Of a DNA stretch of 38,690 nucleotides, positions 34,110-38,690 are shown one piece after another. A model generated the notes under the pieces. It saw only the letters and a list, made by a program, of their open reading frames with translations. It searched no databases and was not told the DNA's origin. The stretch's first letter is position 1. Each line of letters opens with the position of its first letter. Origin of the DNA: Octopus bimaculoides (Eukaryota); contig NC_069001.1 in NCBI RefSeq assembly GCF_001194135.2, positions 33,927,306 to 33,965,995 on the forward strand, in the 5' to 3' direction. The position numbers and the translations under genes were made by a program.

Positions 34110-34357
34110 TGGAGGCATGTGGTTAGGGTATTTGGACTAATGATCGTAAGATTGTGGTTTTGTTTCCTGGACCAAGCAACGCATTGTGTTCTTGAGCAAA
34201 ACACTTCCTTTCATGTACTCCAGTTCACTCAGCTGTCAAAAATGAGTAATCCTGCGATGGACTAGCATCCCATCCAGGTGGGGAATATATACGTCATGAG
34301 ACCGAGAAACCGGCGCTTATGAGTTGGTATGACTCGAGAAGGGAACTTTACCCTTAC
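34110..34357 (+). mobile_element. tRNA-headed SINE with a V/Meta-like central segment (family F)
   Basis: Shared head (gttcttgagcaaaacact...ctccagttcactcagctg), then aatgagtaatcctgcgatggactagcatcccatccagg...gaaaccgg. Confidence 0.7.
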
Positions 34358-34884
34358 TTTTAAAACACACATACACACACTTAGCATCTTTTAATTTTCA
34401 TCTACCAAATCCACTCATAAGGCTTACAGTCACCTGGGGTTACAACAGAAGACACTTGCTCTAGGTGTTTCATGCAGTAGAACTAAACCTTAAATTGTGT
34501 TTGAGAAGCAAACCAACCAATCACACTGCAATACCTGTATTTACACACAGATATATTAACTTTATATATTTAGATAATAAATACTATTGTTATAGTTGTA
34601 ATACTGTTGTAAATTTGCTGATTGACATGCAAGCCTTAGACCCGTGGGCATTGCAGCAAAGCTATTTCTATCATTGCAGCTTCACTTGGCAAAATTATCG
34701 AAAGTCTAATGAATAACCAACTGTTCATTATATACAAGCTACTGCATTCATCTCTAGAAACAATCTTAGCAATGCTTCCATCCAGTACATGATCTAAACT
34801 TCCAGCCAAATGAACAAATGAATTTAAAGCTATGGTGATGGCAAAGTTCTAATAGTAATTTAATTGAGAATTATTGTTGTAATA

Positions 34885-35112
34885 GTAGGCGCAGTTTGGC
34901 CAAATGGTAAAGAAGTTCATTTTGTAAACTCAAGGCCTTCAACTTCATACCAATGCATGATATCATGGGCAAGCGTCATTTTCTATAGCCTTGTGAGTGA
35001 AAATGGGTAGATGGAAACTGTATGGAAACCTGTCAGTGGGATTGTAGTTGTAATTTAAAAGAGGTACAACCTTGTCACAGAATATGCCATGCTGATTCTA
35101 CCTGAGAACTTC
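34885..35112 (+). mobile_element. Decayed family A head joined to a family B tail segment
   Basis: gggcaagcgtcattttctatagccttgtgagtgaaaatgggtagatggaaactg, then ccttgtcacag...tgctgattctacctgagaact. Confidence 0.6.
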
Positions 35113-35113
35113 A

Positions 35114-35390
35114 TTAACCCTTAAGCATTCAGCTTAGTCTGTGAAATGCGAAACTTATTTATTCACATTCTTTTGAATTAATTATGCATTACCTCAAAGC
35201 TGTGGGATTTTGATAATGTAATTGTTTATTTTTAGAATGACATTGTAGGTTAGGTAAAAAAGGCCAGATGTGGTCGGTTTCAACATAAAACAAATAGAAT
35301 AGTCAGGCTAGATATGGCCTGTAAAATGCTAAGGGTTAACCCTTAAGCATTCAGATTATTCTGTTAAACGTAATGCTTATTTATTCATAT
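35114..35390 (-). mobile_element. Complete P1 MITE (35114-35339) plus an abutting partial copy sharing the TTAA
   Basis: ttaa|cccttaagcatt...aatgctaaggg|ttaa|cccttaagcattcag. Confidence 0.85.
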
Positions 35391-35495
35391 GTGTTTGGTC
35401 AGCCCAAGGCTATTGTACAAGTCACCTACCTGCCCAAGGTGCAACACAGTGAGACTGAAACGGGAACCATGTGGTTGGGAAGCAAACTTATCTAT
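35391..35495 (-). mobile_element. Family A SINE head fragment
   Basis: cctgcccaaggtgcaacacagtgagactgaaacgggaaccatgtggttgggaagcaaact. Confidence 0.75.
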
Positions 35496-35804
35496 TACAT
35501 ACACATTTTTAAAAGGCATTAGGGTGTGATTTGAGGAAAATTTGTCTGCTATTTCCAGCAGATTGACTGTTTCACAAATTTATGTGATCTCCTTATGCAG
35601 AAATAACAATAATCTTCTTGTTATTGTTCTAATTTTAGAATGCACTCAGTGAAAGCTGGTACTTGAAGCTGATTGTTGTGGTTGTTCAATATTTCTGACA
35701 TTTTAAATATATCATTGCTACAGTTACAATGTCTTCATTGAAAGAAACAACAACAACTTTTTCCTTCACGTTCTCTGTCGGTCTGTCTTTTATTCTTTCT
35801 TACA

Positions 35805-36908
35805 TGTGTAAGCTTAAGGATACTCTGAATGGACAGAGATTTAGAGATGTATTACTTGAAGCTTTTGATGCAAAGGAGGAGGATATAGCTTCACATAATG
35901 TAGAGGACAACTGGAGGTTCATACTGGACAACCTGTTGAGGGCCACTGACCAGATCTGTCCCTTTTTACCTAAGGTAACATGATGGTGGAACAGTGTAGT
36001 TGACAGGGCCGTTAGGGTAAAGAAACAGGCATGAAAGGACTAGAAGTGTGGCGGTAGTAGGGAATGGTATCTGATCGCCAGAAGAGAAGCTAGAAGACAG
36101 GTTTACTTAGCCAGAGGAGATGCAGATAAAAATTTCCCAATGTTCTATGTTGTGAGGACCAGAGACTTGAAGAGTTTCGTATTGCAAGACAGTGTGTGAG
36201 AGAGAATTGTGATGTCATAGGAGAGAAATGTGTCCGCATGGATGATGGCTCATTTGCATTTAATGATGCTGCAAAGAGAGAAATTTGGAGATGCCACTAT
36301 GAAAGGTTACTAGATGAAGAGAATGAATAGGAGAAAGAGAGTCTGCCAAATGTTGACCCAACAGAGGGACCGGCTATTCAAATTGACTGTACCTTGGTAG
36401 ATAAAGTAATTAAGGGTATGAAGACAGGGAAAGCCCCTGACCCATCAGGAATCACTGCAGAGATGCTTAAAATATCTGGTAGTGTGGGCTATAGTCTAGT
36501 CACCTGTATAGTCAACCAGGTGATACATGAAGGAGTCATACCCGATGACTGGTGTAGCAGCACCGTAGTCGATGCTACAAAGGTAAAGGTGATGCATTAG
36601 ACAGGAATAATTAGAGAGGTATCAAATTGTTGAACCAGGTAATGAAAGTCACGGAGAGGGTTATAACCCATCTACTTAGGGAGAGAGTTAGTTTAGACAA
36701 GATGCATAAAAAGCACCATTCAAGTGTGGTCGATGCCAGTGCCACCTGACTGGCAGTCACTACACTCTCAGAATGGTTGGCGTTAATAAGGGCATCCAGC
36801 TATAAAAACCTTGTCAGAACTGATACAGCCTCCTAGCTTACCAGTCCTCAGTCAAACCGTCCAACCCATGCCTGCATGGAAAGTGGACGTTAAGCGATGA
36901 TGATGATG
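35805..36908 (+). mobile_element. 5'-truncated, internally deleted RTE-clade LINE (linker + RT N-terminus + 3' tail)
   Basis: Reads, across stops and frameshifts, WWNSVVDRAVR.KK, EIWRCHYERLL, VDKVIKGMKTGKAPDPSGITAEMLK, IPDDW..S, KGKGDALDRNN.RGIKLL..VMKV.ERVI. It then jumps at ~36706 to the 3' UTR and ends gatgatgatgatg. Confidence 0.92.
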
Positions 36909-36982
36909 TAACAACAGTTATTGCATGTGCATGTGTTTGTGTGTATGTGTGTGTGTAGATACATATATATATATATATATAC

Positions 36983-37130
36983 AGAGTGGTTAGTTGACAG
37001 TCAATTGAGCATCAGATATTCGTTTTAGCTTCATGTACTCTGAGTTCAAATCTTGCCAAGGTCAACCTTGCTTTTCATTCTTTTGGAGGTCAATAAATAG
37101 AATTCTAGTCATACACAGGGACTGATTCTT
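36983..37130 (+). mobile_element. Family C SINE, decayed
   Basis: actctgagttcaaatcttgccaaggtcaaccttgcttttcattc...ggaggtcaataaa. Confidence 0.65.
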
Positions 37131-37254
37131 CTTCTCTCTCTTTTTCATTCTCATTTTCTTTGCTCAAAATGAAGAGAGATATTCTTTGCCAGGTTTAAAA
37201 TGCCGAAGACACCCTATATATTGCAGCAATGTCCCTCCAACGCCTACAAAAGTC

Positions 37255-37276
37255 GAAAGCTCTAATTTACACACAT

Positions 37277-37316
<40 letters not shown>

Positions 37317-37378
37317 ATACATACATACATGCACACACACACACATACAAATGTACATGCACGCACACATGCACACAA
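37255..37378. repeat. (CA)n/(CATA)n tract
   Basis: Direct reading. Confidence 0.9.
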
Positions 37379-38339
37379 GGGAATTTTGCATAATTTCTTT
37401 CTGCTACATTTCACCCACAATGTGTTAGACAATCTAAAACTGTAGTAGATGACATTTGCTTAAGATGGACTTGAACCCAGAACTATGTGATTGTGAAGCA
37501 AACTTCCTAACCACTGAGCTATGCTTGTACCTAATGTTGTTCCTTTATTTTATCTACACATTTACTACCATCCATATCAGTGTCCCCTCAAAAATCAATA
37601 TGCTCTTCACCTTTTACCAAGTTCTGCAAATCTGTAGTAAAACATCTTTGTCACTTAATTTCAGCTTGGTTAAAAGCAGGCGAGTTTGATTTAAGTATCC
37701 TGTCAAAAGTCCCAGTACAGCATTTATGGTGAGATATGGATCGAGAGCTCATCAATCTGTTTGGTTGACAGCTCATTTCCTATTATTATCCATGCTACTT
37801 TATTTACTTAAATTATGTTATGTATCTTATGCTGTTTACTTAGGTTGCTTGGAATAGATGGAATGTAGGGAGATACCTATTTAGAAAGCGCAATTTAATT
37901 TGAAGAATCATGCAACCAAATCTTCTCCCAAAACATTTCGTGTTTGTACATTAACCCTTTCATGACAATATTTCTAAGAAGAAATAGATTGCTGATAATG
38001 GGTTTCAATTAATTTTCAGAGTAATCTAAAATCTGGAGAGGGTTTAGGTAAATTAACTCTAATCCTTTATTTATTGGTATATTAAGATAGTTATATTAAG
38101 TTAGTGCACATGGATGACAAAGCCCAGATCAATTAAGAGGAAAACTATATTTGAGAGGAATGAGATTTAGCGTGCAAAAAGGATGATTTTTACCTCAATT
38201 TTTCTCTTCTCAAAAGTATACTGAAACCCTTCAGGAGTTCCAAGATATTTTTTTCAAATTTCCTCCTCTCTTGTTTTCCTTACCTCCCTCCTTCTCTCCT
38301 TGTTTCTTGCACTCCATCATCCCATTAGTGCGTGAGTGT

Positions 38340-38356
38340 GCATATATATATATGCA

Positions 38357-38398
<42 letters not shown>

Positions 38399-38477
38399 TA
38401 AATATATCTATCTATCTATCTATCTATATATATACATACATATATATTTATACATATATGTATACATATATATATAC

Positions 38478-38511
<34 letters not shown>

Positions 38512-38690
38512 TTATACATATATACATATATACATATGTATATATATACATATATATATATTTATACATATATATATACATATGTATATATTTATACATA
38601 TACATATATATTTATACATATACATACATATATATTTATACATATATATATACATATGTATATATTTATACATATACATATATATTTATA
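38340..38690. repeat. (TA)n/(TCTA)n/(CATATA)n array with recurring catatatatttata units
   Basis: Direct reading. Explains ORF 38420..38605. Confidence 0.95.

Noticed and set aside
34686-34829. 144-nt open minus-strand segment with AG/GT ends (ALNSFVHLAGSLDHVLDGSIAKIVSRDEC...)
   Set aside because: Acceptor and donor are weak, the phase does not fit the best frame of the 32629-32694 candidate, and no homology was recognised.

Overview
Repeat-dense, AT-rich eukaryotic DNA. The SINE/RTE-LINE/MITE repertoire and the (CA)n/(TA)n/(GAT)n load strongly suggest an Octopus genome (inferred from family recognition, not from a database search). No intact, nameable protein-coding gene, tRNA, rRNA or CRISPR array is visible, and nearly all ORFs in the track are microsatellite or repeat artefacts. 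Supported content: (i) many copies of several tRNA-headed SINE families that swap modular bodies and tails; (ii) RTE-clade LINE remnants (endonuclease at ~5.5-6.0 kb, RT N-terminal region at ~35.8-36.9 kb) plus about ten free copies of the (GAT)n-ending RTE 3' tail; (iii) decayed 3' ends of two other non-LTR elements and a possible Penelope-like fragment; (iv) a decayed hAT transposase, a hAT-type MITE with a nested SINE, TTAA/piggyBac-type MITEs (one nested, one tandem) and a palindromic TA-type MITE; (v) a 42-bp minisatellite. The unique sequence holds tentative signs of unannotated genes: a CpG-rich promoter-like patch at ~7.7-8.1 kb, several + strand exon candidates ending in a plausible terminal exon at 29705-29781, and - strand exon candidates at 32.1-32.7 kb that would converge on a shared A/T-tract-rich 3'UTR-like zone. 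All exon calls are low confidence and need RNA-seq.
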